In this document: positions 46,021-64,000 of the stretch, piece after piece
How the letters are laid out: each line of letters starts with the position of its first letter
Numbering within the stretch: the first letter of the stretch is position 1
Assembly: GCF_009914755.1 (NCBI RefSeq)
Contig: NC_060938.1
Strand: one strand, 5' to 3'
Length of the DNA stretch: 64,000 nucleotides
DNA from: the human T2T-CHM13v2.0 reference genome, Homo sapiens
Notes under the pieces: generated by a model
Databases searched by the model: none
The model's input: the letters and a program-made list of their open reading frames with translations, nothing else
Told to the model about the DNA's origin: nothing
Program-made: the position numbers and the translations under genes

Positions 46021-46319
46021 AAAGAAACCATAGGAGAAAGTCTTGTTCACTTTGGAGTAAAAATTATCTCTAAAGAACATCATAATCACAAAATATTTTT
46101 TTAAATTGATAATTGGACTTCTTGACAATTTAAACTTTCTCCACTTCCAAATATCATTAGACAAAAAATTCACACCACAGTCTGAGGCGAGGAGGGCAAA
46201 TATTCACAATACATGTGGTGTATGAGAAAATATACAAAATATATAAAGAATACTTATAACTCAATAAATAAACCAGCAATCTAATTTAAAATGAGCAAAA
46301 AGTTTGAAGGTCCTTTACA

Positions 46320-46710
46320 TTCATTTTCTAGAGCTGCTGTAACAAAGTACCAAGACTGGGGAACTTAAACAATAATTCATTTACTTACTGTGCTGGATGC
46401 TAAAAGTTCAAGCTTAAGATGTCAGCAGGGTTGGTTTCTTCTGGGGCCTCTGTCCTTGCCTATAGATGGCTGTCTTCTCCTTATATCTTCACATGGTCTT
46501 CCCTCTGTGTATATCTGTGTCCGAATTTCCTCTTATTGTAAGGATACTAGTCGTACTAGATTAGGACCCACCCTAATAACTTCATTTTAAATTAATTATC
46601 TCTTTGAAGATGCTGTCTCCAAACACGGTTGCATTTTGAGGTACTGGGAACTTCGATGTAGGAATTTGAGGTACTGGGAACTTCAATTTTACAATACTAG
46701 TCAGCCCAAA
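46320..46710 (-). mobile_element. MLT1A/B/C-type LTR with a small terminal duplication (46635-46654 = 46665-46684)
   Basis: 'gctgctgtaacaaagtacca', 'tcttcacatggtcttccctctgtgt' and 'cttattgtaaggatac'. Confidence 0.8.
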
Positions 46711-48983
46711 ACATACTTTATTAAAACAGTATACTAATGACTAATAAAAACAAAAACAATTATCAAAATCATTAGTAATCAGTTTAATAGAAACTAAAAT
46801 CACATTTAGATACTACTACATGCCAATCAGAATGGTAAAAATGATAAAGACTAAGAATAGAATATGTTGGAGAGAATACAGAGCAACTGGAACTCTCATG
46901 CATTGCTGGTAGGAATGCAAATTGGTACAATCACTTTGCAAAACTAGTTAGGCAGTCTCCTATAAAGTTAAACCATATGACCAACAGTCCCACGTAATCT
47001 CCGTGATTATACTCTAATTATGTAATCATGTACAAATAATTTGTTCCCAGCAATAACCCCAGAGACTCCAACATTATCTGCCACATGTTAAGTACAGACA
47101 AAATATTTATCGAATGAATGAATAAATGAATGGGATTTCTTTAACCCGCAAATTATTATTATTGAACATTTAGGTTATTTCCAGTGTAAAGGTAAATCTA
47201 CAGTCACGTATCTTGTAATTTAGGCATATTTCAAGCCTCCTGAAGGACCTTCCCGAATACTCTCCAAAAAACTTGTGCCAATTTTTATATTACTATCTGT
47301 AGCGTGATACAGTTATCTTACTCTGCTCTTTACCCAGTATCAGGCATTAAAATTCACTGTACCATTGCCAATTTGATTTGTAATTTAATGTTAACTTGTA
47401 CTTCCCTAATTATAAGAGGTATTGATCTTTTTCCATAGAATTTGTTTCTTCTTTGTAAATTTCAGAGTCTATTTTTATAGTTGTGCATTATGATTTGCTC
47501 ATTATACAAAAGCAAATGTCATCCATGTCTTCTAATCATAACACAGTCTACATAATTTTTAAATTTACAGAATTAAAGCAGGACTTTGTATCTACTTTCT
47601 GCTACATAAGAACATTTTTATTAAAAAACATTTCATTAAGCACACCAAGCAATGTGTTTAATACATATATGCTTCAAAAAATATACTTTTAATTTTTTGT
47701 ATTAGAAATGTATTATTACATTCAGTGAAGTTTTGGATGGTGACTATATGTGGGAGACACTAAACTAAACATTTCATTTCAATTCCTACTTATGCGTTCA
47801 TAGTCAAGGGCATTGCAACAGTTTCTTTATTAGCAACCATTACATAGGTAATTATATTTTCTATGGAATAGACAGTGGCACTAGAAAAGACAGTTCATTA
47901 GTGGTGCAGTTATATATTAGAGCTATAAATCCTATTCTTTTTAAAAACACATACACGTGCACACTCATGTGCTCAATTCCATATACCACTGTGAATTCTC
48001 AAACTTAAAGGAAAAAGATTTCAAAAGTATTAGTTTTTCAAAGAAGAAAAGCCAACATTAAGTTTTAAAACTTCTTTCACAAGGCAAAAGAGTAAAAACC
48101 AGGAATTGATTTTCAAATGCTGGTGGAATGAGAAATTCTTTGATGTCATTGAGCACACTGGATATTGTGGCACTCAGCAGCCAGGAGAGTCCTCGCCAAA
48201 AAAACAATTATTGAGCATCAGCTGTTTTCTGGAACTGGAAACTACATATAGTCATACATGTTTAGAACGATATTAAAATAAGAATAGATGTTCTTGGGGA
48301 CAAGAGAAAGAAATAAGAAAAAGTAGACTGTAGGTGAGCAGAGAAGAGAGGACTGTGAATAATTTTATCATGATTAGTGGCAAATTAATCACCATGCTCA
48401 ATATTTACTGTTTTCTCTTTGGTTGAATAATGAGCAATCACTGTAAATTTAGTATAGTATTTATTCATTTGAAAAGATCTCAGAAACATAGACTTATTTT
48501 TAGAAGATGAAAATAAATAAGTCCTGGATGTTTGTTGCCAAACAGAATTTGGAACTAACAAAGGTCCCGCATAGAGTGCCAGCCAGCCGCTGATAAATGG
48601 ATCAGTCCTTCTCTACATTGACACAGAGGGAGAAAAGAATGCTACAAAACTACAGCCATTTTATAAGAGCCAGATTTACCTAAATCGGTCACTTTTCAAT
48701 CTGTTGTGTCAACATTCCATGGAAACATCTTTAAGCCTTCAATAAAATGCTTATGCATTAAGCGCCATTTAGGCCACATAACAGACCACATTTTTCTACT
48801 CATATTTGGCATTACAGGTAGTCAATGATACCCTGACACAGTGCTTAGCCCCCAAGAGCTTAGATTCTAAAATAAGCAATATTGAAGTACATAAACAGAA
48901 ACTATATGCACATCACTTGTTTAAAGATTTTCATGGAAAACCTCACCATTTATAAACCCTCATTATAAGAATGTCTCACTTCT

Positions 48984-49241
48984 TTTTTTTTTTAGTAAGA
49001 AACTTTTATCCTATTCAAGCCATTATATTTTTTCTGTTTTTGTTTAAAATTCTTTTTCCTGATACATAACTGATAAGTGGGAACTAAATGATGAGAACAG
49101 AACAACACACACTGGGGCCTGCCAGAAGGCGGAGGGTGGGAGAAGGGAGAGGATCAGGAGAAATAACCAATAGGTGCCTGGCTTAATACGTGGGTGATGA
49201 AATAATCTATACAGCAAACCCCCAGGACACGAGTTTACCTA
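48984..49241 (-). mobile_element. Short L1-mediated insertion: poly(A), 79 bp of non-L1PA sequence and an inverted L1PA 3'UTR piece
   Basis: 20-bp TSD tataagaatgtctca(c/t)ttct at 48964-48983 and 49242-49261. L1 3'UTR at 49073-49246 on the + strand. Confidence 0.85.
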
Positions 49242-49629
49242 TATAAGAATGTCTCATTTCTAGTAGAAATCCCTCATGCTATGAGAAAGGGAAAACAATT
49301 CATTATCACTATGCACATTACTAGTCATGGGTACCATTTAACAAGCATTTTGTACCACAACAGTACTCTGCATGGTTGATATAAGTATCCATATTTTACA
49401 GACCCAGACGAAAAAGAATATTCAGATTAAATCATTTCTCAAAGTCACACTGCTAGTGAGTGATAAAGTCTTATACTATCAGACTCTCTACCTTCAAAGC
49501 CCTAGTTCCTGAAAAGATTAATAGACTGTCTCCTAAAATAACTTTGATGGTCCACTATATGTCTATCACTCTTAGAAAACTTATTTTAAACATTTAACAA
49601 TATTTGTGGGGCCTTCAAGAAAAAACTGA

Positions 49630-49913
49630 GGCCAGGCACAGTGGCTCAATGCCTGTAATCCCAGCACTTTGGGAGGCTGAGGTGGAAGGATCCATTGAGG
49701 CCCAGAGTTTGAGACCAGCCTGGGCTAACATAGAGAAACCCCATTTCTTAAAAAAAAAAAAAAAAGCTGGGGCATGGTGGTATGAGCCAGTAGTCTCAGC
49801 TACTTGGGAAGCTGAGGCTTGGGCCCACATGTTCAAGGCTGCAGTGAGCTAGATCAGGCCACTGTACTCTAGCCCGGGTGACAGAGTGATACCTGTCTCA
49901 AAAATAAAAAAGA
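49630..49913 (+). mobile_element. AluJ
   Basis: 'aggctgcagtgagct'; TSD aagaaaaaactga. Confidence 0.92.
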
Positions 49914-51980
49914 AAGAAAAAACTGAAAACCCTTCAATATTGCTCTTCTCCTGATCATCTGAGAAGACCACAGATCTTTTTCAGGAAACTAAGAATTCTC
50001 TCTACTGAAAGAACTAGTATTGAGCTGCATGCTGTAATTTCTATGCTCCAAGACATGCACAACCATGGGACTTTAGCCAAGTCTCACAAGCAATGTGCTA
50101 TACACTCAGTAACCAGACTTATGCTTATTGTATGACACTCATAACTGGACAGTCTTCACAACGCTGAGGTTTGCATAGCAGACTGTGGAGTAGGACCACA
50201 TGCTTTTGTGGTTCTAATCCATGCTATATGTGCCCTGGAGAAATAGGGCCACCATGCTGATCCATACAATAATCGCTTTACAACAGGGTATGGAACATTC
50301 GTTTTACTGTCTTTCTTTTTTAATGTAGTTTACTAAATTTGCTTTACCATTAGATTACATGCTGAACATGCTTCTTGGGTAGATTTTAATTGAGGAACAT
50401 AACTCTTCAGAATTGGACACAGATGCAAATTCCCAAGCCATCAGAGCTCTTATTAACATGGGATTTTAAGCTCATATTGGTCATCTGACTTAGCATTCAG
50501 AAAACTAAGCTAAAAAAGTTTTTAAGTACTTTCTATACAACAAGAGCCTTTAGCTTTATATTACTTCCTTTCTACTTTATGGCCTAAGAAATGTTTCTAA
50601 TATCTCTGAAAGTTTTATCAATAGCTTGCAATGATACGCTTCTACAGTTAGATTTTAAATCTCTAAACATCAGATTCACCTAAAATTACATTGAGGAATC
50701 ACACTGGGAACTGTTTAATGAGTTAATTAGTACTTACTCTTCTAATAGAGTTGCACTCATCAATCTGGGAGATAAATAGCAGATGCCTGCTTTCTGAGTT
50801 ATCTTTCTTTTCCCACATCCTTACTGTCCATTTAACTATTTGATCCAATCGGGACAACTTTTTGAGTAAGAATTGGATATATTCCCAAGTTCAGGAGAAT
50901 TCAATTACCTAGGATGTATCTAAAAAATTTAGCAGTCCTGTTTGGAAAGCTAGTAAATGAATTAGTCCCTTACCCTTAGGAAATGCAATGATTTTACTTG
51001 AAATAAAAAAAGAGTCTTTTCTCTGTGGAGGGTGATTATGATTAACTAGGGACGACTTCTAGGCTCAGGACAAGGGTAACTCTGCTGCTGCTCATGGAAT
51101 TCAAATTAAGAAGATCAAAATTCCAGGACACTTTAAAATCAGGATGCTGGCAATCTAGTGTTCATTAATACTAGACTTATAAATGGCATATACAGAAAGA
51201 AAAATTGAAATTCATATCACCTAAATGAAATATATATTTGCAGATACAGAAAATTTATGTTAGAATACACAAGAATCTATCAATAGTACTAATTACCTCT
51301 GTGGAGTAGAATGATGGGATAATGAGGGTGGAGGGAGACTTTTACTTTTCACGTTACACACTGTTGTCCTTTTTTCCACCACAGATATGTAGTACAATAA
51401 TAATAATAATACTATTACAATAATATAATAATAATGAATAATAAGAAGTGGCTCACAATAGATACAAAGAGGAAAGTTGGAGGAGTGTGAGTTAAGAATC
51501 TTTAAGCCACAGAGGCAAAGGTCCTTTGCCCCAATTTACATATTTGATCTCAATTTGCTCCAGTCTATATCCCAACATCTAGGTATATAATCATAGCCAG
51601 TTGTTTCTCTTATTCAGACACAGAGATATAACAAGTTTATAAACTTCTGGGATTAAATAGTCCCAGAAGTATTTAATCTGTTAGCCACAGCCCTTCTTGC
51701 CTCTTAGAGAACCACCAGTACTGCAGAAATGGGATGTTTTCTTCAAGCTCTGTGTTAGAATTTAAAATATTTTTCTTAGTGAAATTATAATAAAACTTGA
51801 AAATAACTCAAAAAATTCTATTTAACCCACAATGTATCTATAATACGGCACTAACAGCGCTCAGTATGGATATAGCCCATATTTGAAATTGGATTTCTCT
51901 GAGTCTGTGAATTGCATTCCAAACAATTGACTTAGAAATGAAAATTACTACAACAATTAATTTTTAAAAATGGAAATAAT

Positions 51981-52286
<306 letters not shown>

Positions 52287-53757
52287 CTAGTCTTTCCATG
52301 TATACAGCTTTGAGATATGTGTATGTAGGTGATATTTTTAAATGTGCCAGCTGTTAAAAAAAGAAGGCAAATGCAAACCACAAAGGAGTAAAAGGTTAGA
52401 TGATAAAATCAGAATGTGGAAAATATTAAAGATGAAAACATTTCAGTTTGAATTAGTGCATATTCAAAGTTGAGAAAATTTTCATTTGAATTCTGTAACA
52501 TATAATTATGTCACTTTCAACATGAAAGTGAATTAGACACAAACTAAATGCTTTAAATACAACATAGCAAACAAAAGCACATAATCAATTTATGAACTAG
52601 TTGTATAACTTTATAGGATGCCAGTGTACAAAAAACAACAACGATCTCAAATCCCAGTACTCTATAAAAGAAGTATTTCACTTTAATTAATGAAAGTAAA
52701 GACAAATTCTTGAAGAGTAAGTTGGATAATGATAGTAATTATGATATTTCTATGCTTGATCTTAATGCTCAAAAAAGATTCTTGAAATCCCACCAATTTT
52801 TTTAAAAAACATAATTAAGAAACCCACAACTGAAAACCAAAACCTACTAATGTTACTAGACAAGCTTTTTACCTTTCTGTACCTTAATTATTCCTCTTGG
52901 GGTGATGTGACATCTAAAGTTCTTCTTAGCTCTAAGACAATTATGTTAACTAAAATTATTATGATATCCCTTATCCTGAGAACATAGTAAGCATATAATA
53001 ACTAAGATGATCAGTTTTCACTATTGACCAGGCTCATAAATAATCATCGAAGAATAATAGTTGAAAATATTCTTACAGGAAAACATGTTCTTTATTTACA
53101 TGATTGGACAAGGTATTTGCTAATGGAGAATTCTCCTACATACCATACTTGATGACAAAACTTTTAAATATTTAAAGGACAAACACATATTGAACAAACA
53201 GTGAAAATAACATCATAGTTTATTCATTATATGTTTTCTAAACACCTCCTATGTGTCACGCACTGTGTCAGACAGTGGGAATACAAGATGAAATGGCATG
53301 GCCAGTGCCTTCAGGGAGTTCGAGTTCAGCAGAGGCAGTTAATTAAATGAGTTCTTTAAACAATTATGAGTGTAAGAAGAAAAATGTGATGAAAGAATGG
53401 TGATTTCACTACCTAAACATCCTTTTGTGTTTCAGAGTCATTATTTATCATAATGTAGTAGAAGGGAGAAGCACAATTAAAATATAACATTAATGAGAGA
53501 TAGTTTAATATACAGTGTTAATTGTTTTACAAATAAATACAGTGTTGAAATTCAAAAACAAAGGTTAGAAGAAAGACCTGGGTCTGTGAGGAAAATATTT
53601 ATAGCCCCAAATCCCATAGCACTTCCCTAATGTAATAATTTCTGCTTTACATTCTGTGTTGCCAACACCTGTCTGTTTGCAAATAAACCTCTCACAATCA
53701 TTAGTCATGTTTGTTCATGCTGAACACTTCTCTCCTTGAAAACACAGCACCTGCAGA

Positions 53758-53759
<2 letters not shown>

Positions 53760-53788
<29 letters not shown>
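53760..53788. repeat. (CA)n microsatellite
   Basis: Seen directly in the sequence. Confidence 0.97.
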
Positions 53789-56700
53789 AGAATATCACTC
53801 TCTGAGCATCTTCAGGCTGCAACTTTGGAACAGATGTGCCCAAACATCTCTAATTGCACAGCTGGCTTCCTCTGGAACCCATCAACCCAAAAGATAACAG
53901 ATAAGCACGAAGCAATTCGGCCAAAAACTGCAATACTGTGTAGCACGTGAAAATTTGTGCTTTGATTTTTATATTGGACTAGTGGTCTGCACATAAAACT
54001 AGCAATAAACAGAATCCTGCAGGGTTCATGTTTTCAAGAGCACACCCAGCCACATGTTCTCTTTAATGGCTGTACTGAACTAACACTCTGGCATGACAGG
54101 GTTTCTTATGGCTTGAACCAGGAGTGCGGTGTGCATGTGTCTGGAAGCCCACAATGATTGTGATACCAGTTGAAAAGGTAAAGTGAATATTTCTCATATG
54201 CTATGTGAAATTCTTCATGTTGTCAAGCTTGATTTGAAGCTTGAAAGAAATTGGTCATGAGCTCTTTGTCTGAAAACTGACTTCATCAATCATACTTTTC
54301 AGGGAGAATATGGTTCCTGTCAACACGGGCATTATTCTAACATACACACATAGCTGGATGTGCCTTTCCTTTCAAAGACTTGGCTATGCTACAGTATAGT
54401 TTGAGGTTTATAAAGCACTTTGAAAATATACAAATTACTGTATCTTGATTTAAAAAAGGGAGGAACTAATACCAGAATAGTTAAGACTTTATTAGATGAT
54501 ATCATTTAATAATAGAATATTTAGATATGAATAGAACCGGTAGTGAACGTGATGACAAGGGAAGTCATACTTCCCAGGAGTGTTAAAATATTTCTATACA
54601 TCAAAAAATGCCAAACAAAATGCCATATTTGGTTGACTTAATCCTCTATCTTTGACAATGGCATAAAGAGCATGTAAAGGGAAAATACATAATTAGCCCC
54701 TTGCTCCTAATTTTGCTTAAACTCTTATTATGCTACTTACTGAAATGAGATGTTTATTTTATTATTATCACTGCAGAAATCCGAGAAAATACAGGTCTAT
54801 TCAATTTCACCTGCTAGCCTAGACTTCAAGTAGACTTCAGAGCAATACCAGTTTGTATGGTCTTTTTGGCAATAGCAGGAAATGATACAAGCGAAATCAG
54901 TTCTTGATTAAGGGAGGAGCAGAATTGCATTAGTTAGATATTCTGGTAGTGCTGCAAACTATAATGATAAATGAAGACAGCCCAAGACTTAAGATGTAAA
55001 GTTATGTAGCTCATGCAATTCAATGTCAGTATTTGAAGGCTATATGATGAATATTTCCAGAAGTATAAGAAAAAAGTAAGAACAAATTTGCCTCTTACTG
55101 ATGCTTCAAAAATCATTTGTGTATATTTAACAAAAGAAGTGTCTAAATAGATCTGAAGTTAAACCACAGTACTGAACACACTAGATGAGGTAACATTGAG
55201 TATTATACAAGATTTAAGACTTAAAGGGAGGGACTCACTTCATCAAAATGGAAAAAGCCTTGAAGCTGGGGTCAGAATATAGCGTTCCAGCTTCTGGGTC
55301 AGAGAATACATGTATGAGGTGGGGAGAAAAGACCCATGGAGCTGCCCTTGATGTGCCAGACTGTCTGCTTTGCTCATACCTCTTGTTTGCCCATACCCTG
55401 AAATTATTATTAAAGCTTCTTACTGCATAAGAAAAAAAAAAGGTGTTCTAGTGTTAGCATTGCTATTGAGTAGTCTCACATGAAACTTTTGGGGCCTCAT
55501 CACTTTTTTTCTCAACTGTGTTGAACTATGTAGCCTCATCACCTGCTAGGGTCCAGTTCTTACTCCTTAAAACAAGAAGGATAAATGAAATTAGTTTTAG
55601 TTTCAGCTGTCTCCCTTTATAAATCTTTTTACTAATTCTAACACATGTGTTTCTAAGAGCATTCGAAACTTTCCTAAGAGGGATTTAAAAATGTTGGCAT
55701 GCTAATTCCCAATCAAGACTGAGGCTCTGCAGGTAACTTTTACAGCCTACTAATAAAACCTATTTTATTAGATTTGTTGTGCTTTGTCTTACCAAGAATA
55801 TAAACTTCCTGCTTTGAAGAAAGGGAATGAAGTTTAATTTTATCTTTTAATTCCATTCAAACTGAAACTATACAGACTGAAAGTCCTGCACATACTATAA
55901 GATGTGCTAATGAAGTTGCAGATTGTTGTAAAAGGTTACTATGAAAGGAGAATTTAAACAGAAATTATGAGAGTGTATATTCTCTTTTGTACTGTAATTC
56001 AATAGATGAAATTTAACTTTGTTTTATCACCCTTGGCAGGAAAATCATTCAACCTCTGAGTCTCAGATAGATGATTTGTGAGAAATTTGAATTACACCTA
56101 ACCTGGCAGTGGGCAGGCATCTGAAACAGATGATCTCAAGGTTCCATTCAGCAATAAGATCTATATTTTTATATTTTTTGGTTTTAAGTTGGAAACTAAT
56201 TTTACATATATTCCTATAAGACTCTGTCTTATGGGATTTTAAGGTTCCACTCAGATAACTGTATTAGATTAATTCTCAGGAGCAGGAATAGTGTCACCAG
56301 ATATTAAAAAGCAAGTTTCTGTGCATATGTTGACCCAAACCATAATAATATCATTATTATTTGTAGACTTCCTAGGATTGCAGAAAGCCTGTCACACATC
56401 TGCATAATTCATCTGGACCTGTATCCCTCTTCCTAAAAATAATTGTTAATATCACAGAAAAGGTCACTGACCCCAACCCAATTAGAGAATTTAGACAAAT
56501 AAGTTCACTTATCTAAGCATTTACTGAAGTTGCTCTCCGATAAAACCTAAGAATTTCTTAGCCACAAGAATATCTAATCTGGGACAGGCAAAAGTCACTT
56601 GGAGTCAAATTTATCCTTAAGTGCCAGCTGCAACATATTCTAATGGGTGATAACACCCTACAACAGTAACGTCCTTGCAGTGGACATTCATGGGCTGGAA

Positions 56701-57569
56701 GTGGCTGGATGTGCATGAGCTCTGAGAAGGAGGAGATTTTGTCTAAAGTTCCTATACCACACCCTAGGTGATATAAGTTATGTACCTGATGACAAAGGCT
56801 ACTCATGGAAATGCAAAAGTGAGAGTTAAAATAAAAAGATATAGACAAAAGTCCAAGGATTTTACTCAACAAATACTTATTGATTGAGAGTCAGCTACCT
56901 GCCAGACACACTGTTCTAGGCACTGAGGGCACAGAATTGAACAAAAGGAATGAAAACCTCCCCCTCACAGAGCTTACATCCCAGCAGAGCATCACATGGG
57001 GGCCAAGCCAGGAAAAGCAGAGACTGCACCAAAAAAAGCTCAATTGCAGAGGAGAAGAATATCATGCATGACAAAGCCACATGGCAGGAAGCAAGGGAAA
57101 AGTCAACAACTAAGAGCAGAGATATTGGGGGATGATGATGCAGTAGTCGAGAGAGCAGCCGATGAGCACATTAACTGACAGAGCCGGCCTGGAGTTTTAG
57201 ATGCTGGCCCTGTTCCCATTCCTCTGCCTCTCCGATTCCTAAGAGAGTAGAATCTCCATAAGACAAGCAGCCAGGACAGATTCCAGACTCTGACATTCAG
57301 ACTACTTCAGTACCTATAATGTTTGGATGTGAGAAAAAACTTGGCTCATTAAGTGCCATATTCTACACAATAACAATTCTGTATGGTAATAAATTATCCT
57401 GCATAGTACTATTGCATTTCAATTGAATGTATAACTACATAGGAGAGAAGCTAATTATCCATGGGTATTAAAGATGGTTGTTTAAAAAGGCATTAGAAAA
57501 CTAAGTAGAAAAATTAGAAGACGAAGTTCATAAACATGTTCTGATTCAACCAGCCATCAAATTAATATA

Positions 57570-59197
<1,628 letters not shown>

Positions 59198-59240
59198 GAC
59201 TTGAAACTAAACATCATGCCCCTAATCCTATAACCCTATA

Positions 59241-61885
<2,645 letters not shown>

Positions 61886-62962
61886 TGCTGGATATTTTAA
61901 GACATCACATCACAAAACACGCACACAGGCACACTGAATCTAAGTATTAAAGAGGAGAGATCTATACTCCTATGGACCGGAAACTGTAGGAGTGCAAAGG
62001 GAAGAATTCAGACTAGTAAATAATAAACACTGTCATCAATCAAGCAATTTAAGTGTTTTCTTTTATTTTGCTCCTGCACGTTTGTAAGTGTGTATGTGTT
62101 CATCTACCTCATGTAGATTCCCTCCATCTCAAGTGGCAGAACCAATGAATTAATCCAGGTTTCTTATTCCAGAAAATTACTATATCTTTACTTATATCAC
62201 CATATTCAAACAACACCCCCTAGAACAACCTGGAAGCTGAGGTCAGTTGTCAATAATTTCTACTATATTAACATCCAACCAATTCTATATAGCTTTTGCC
62301 TGACCATTTGCTGAATTACAAGCAAAAGGTTAATTGTATGTCATTTTTCCAGTCTTACTTTCTCTTTGCACAGAACAGTTGGCTCCATCTGATGGCCTTA
62401 ACTAAATGAATCCACCTTTGACTTTCATTAAATGCACTGAAATTAAACTCACCAAAGCTCAATAAACTTTTCAGATATTTCAAAAGACAACTCTTCTTAA
62501 TTTCATTTCTAAAACTCTAAATGAATACATTCCCCTCTGTTCTACAGCTGGGAATCTATAGATAACGAATCCTATAATCTACTCTAATGATAACTCAGAA
62601 ACAGAGCCAAAGACCTTAAATTCATAACACTGAACTTAATAATGAAAGGAGAGTTGACATTCAGCCTTTCTTTGGTTTTAGACTCAGCTAATAAAATTAC
62701 AAATAATATATAATTCCCATGTGCTCAATTAACTCTTAGTAAGCCTTTAAGCTTTGCATATGTGAGATGGCAACGTTCTTTCCTACATCTATTTTTGAGA
62801 TATTTTAGCATATTACAATTAAGTGTTCTTTGTTAATTTTTTTATGCACCTAGGAAATTATAGAAAGATTCTGATGACTTAGTACCCCACAAATTTAACC
62901 CTTCTGGTATCAGTACAGATTAAGAACTCTATTAGTCAATAATAATTCATTCAGCATCATGA

Positions 62963-63313
<351 letters not shown>

Positions 63314-64000
63314 TAGTTATAGCCTTCTCAGTTCAGAGAGATGACAAGGAGACATTGAAAGTTAACAAAAGCCAAAGACTGATGTCTTTTTCTCATTAAA
63401 AAATCTAGTGGTAGAACTTAGACTCCAAAGACATATTTTGTAAAGGTTCATCAGCATTACTTAGGAACACCTCTATGTAGCACACATGGATAGCCTAGTC
63501 TACTTTGAACTCTGCCTTCTATGAACTCCTGAAGCAGATATACCCCTAATTTCATTTAGGTAAAAATTTAAGTTACCCTGACAGTAGGGAAAAATAATAA
63601 TTAAGGGTGGGGGACTATAAGAAAGAAATTGTTTTCACATCATAAGCTTTCCCAGTAGGCAAAAATGATGAAAATTTCTACTGTGTTTTCAACCCAATAG
63701 TCCATATATATGTCCAGAAGCAGGGAACCTACAGCAACAGTCCCAAGAAAAATTACTTTCCCTGATGGTAACATTCACAGTCTAAAAGGAAAAGAGCAGC
63801 AGCAATAGTCATCAGTAGCTCCAAGCAAATCCTTCTTTCTATTTGAAATGTCAATAGGCCACCTACAGCTAAGCCTATGAATCAACCAGACTTCCATTCT
63901 GTTTGGCTGCATAAGGACCTATATATGTTAACACAGTGAAACAGTTCAATTCACTTTTTTCAGCAAATTGCAGATAACTGAGATGAAAATGCTTTAGGAT

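Overview
This is AT-rich primate genomic DNA (human or great ape, judged by near-consensus AluY and L1PA3-like elements), lying inside a large minus-strand gene. The only host coding sequence found is one 200-bp exon (17273-17472, minus strand), which the ORF track misses. It encodes the S6 gate and C-linker of the EAG-family potassium channel KCNH5 (Kv10.2/Eag2). The rest is intron packed with transposable elements: about 13 Alus, several L1s, an MLT2A1 LTR with a truncated HERV-L pol, MLT1 LTRs, a full-length Tigger1, MER58, a split MADE1, and L2/MIR relics. The other ORFs are repeat-derived or chance. No new gene system is evident. The most notable structures are: (i) two L1PA3-like insertions 1.45 kb apart, each with its own target-site duplication (TSD), that carry consecutive pieces of ORF2, as if one RNA was primed three times; (ii) a sense MLT2A1 LTR retaining a DUX4-like motif, TATA box and splice donor 7.7 kb upstream of the KCNH5 exon; (iii) two 5'-inverted L1 insertions with apparent 3' transductions; (iv) an ancient ~190-bp local copy inserted into an MLT1 LTR; (v) a candidate recursive splice site. 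Repeat subfamily calls come from remembered consensus sequences, and boundaries of old repeats are approximate.
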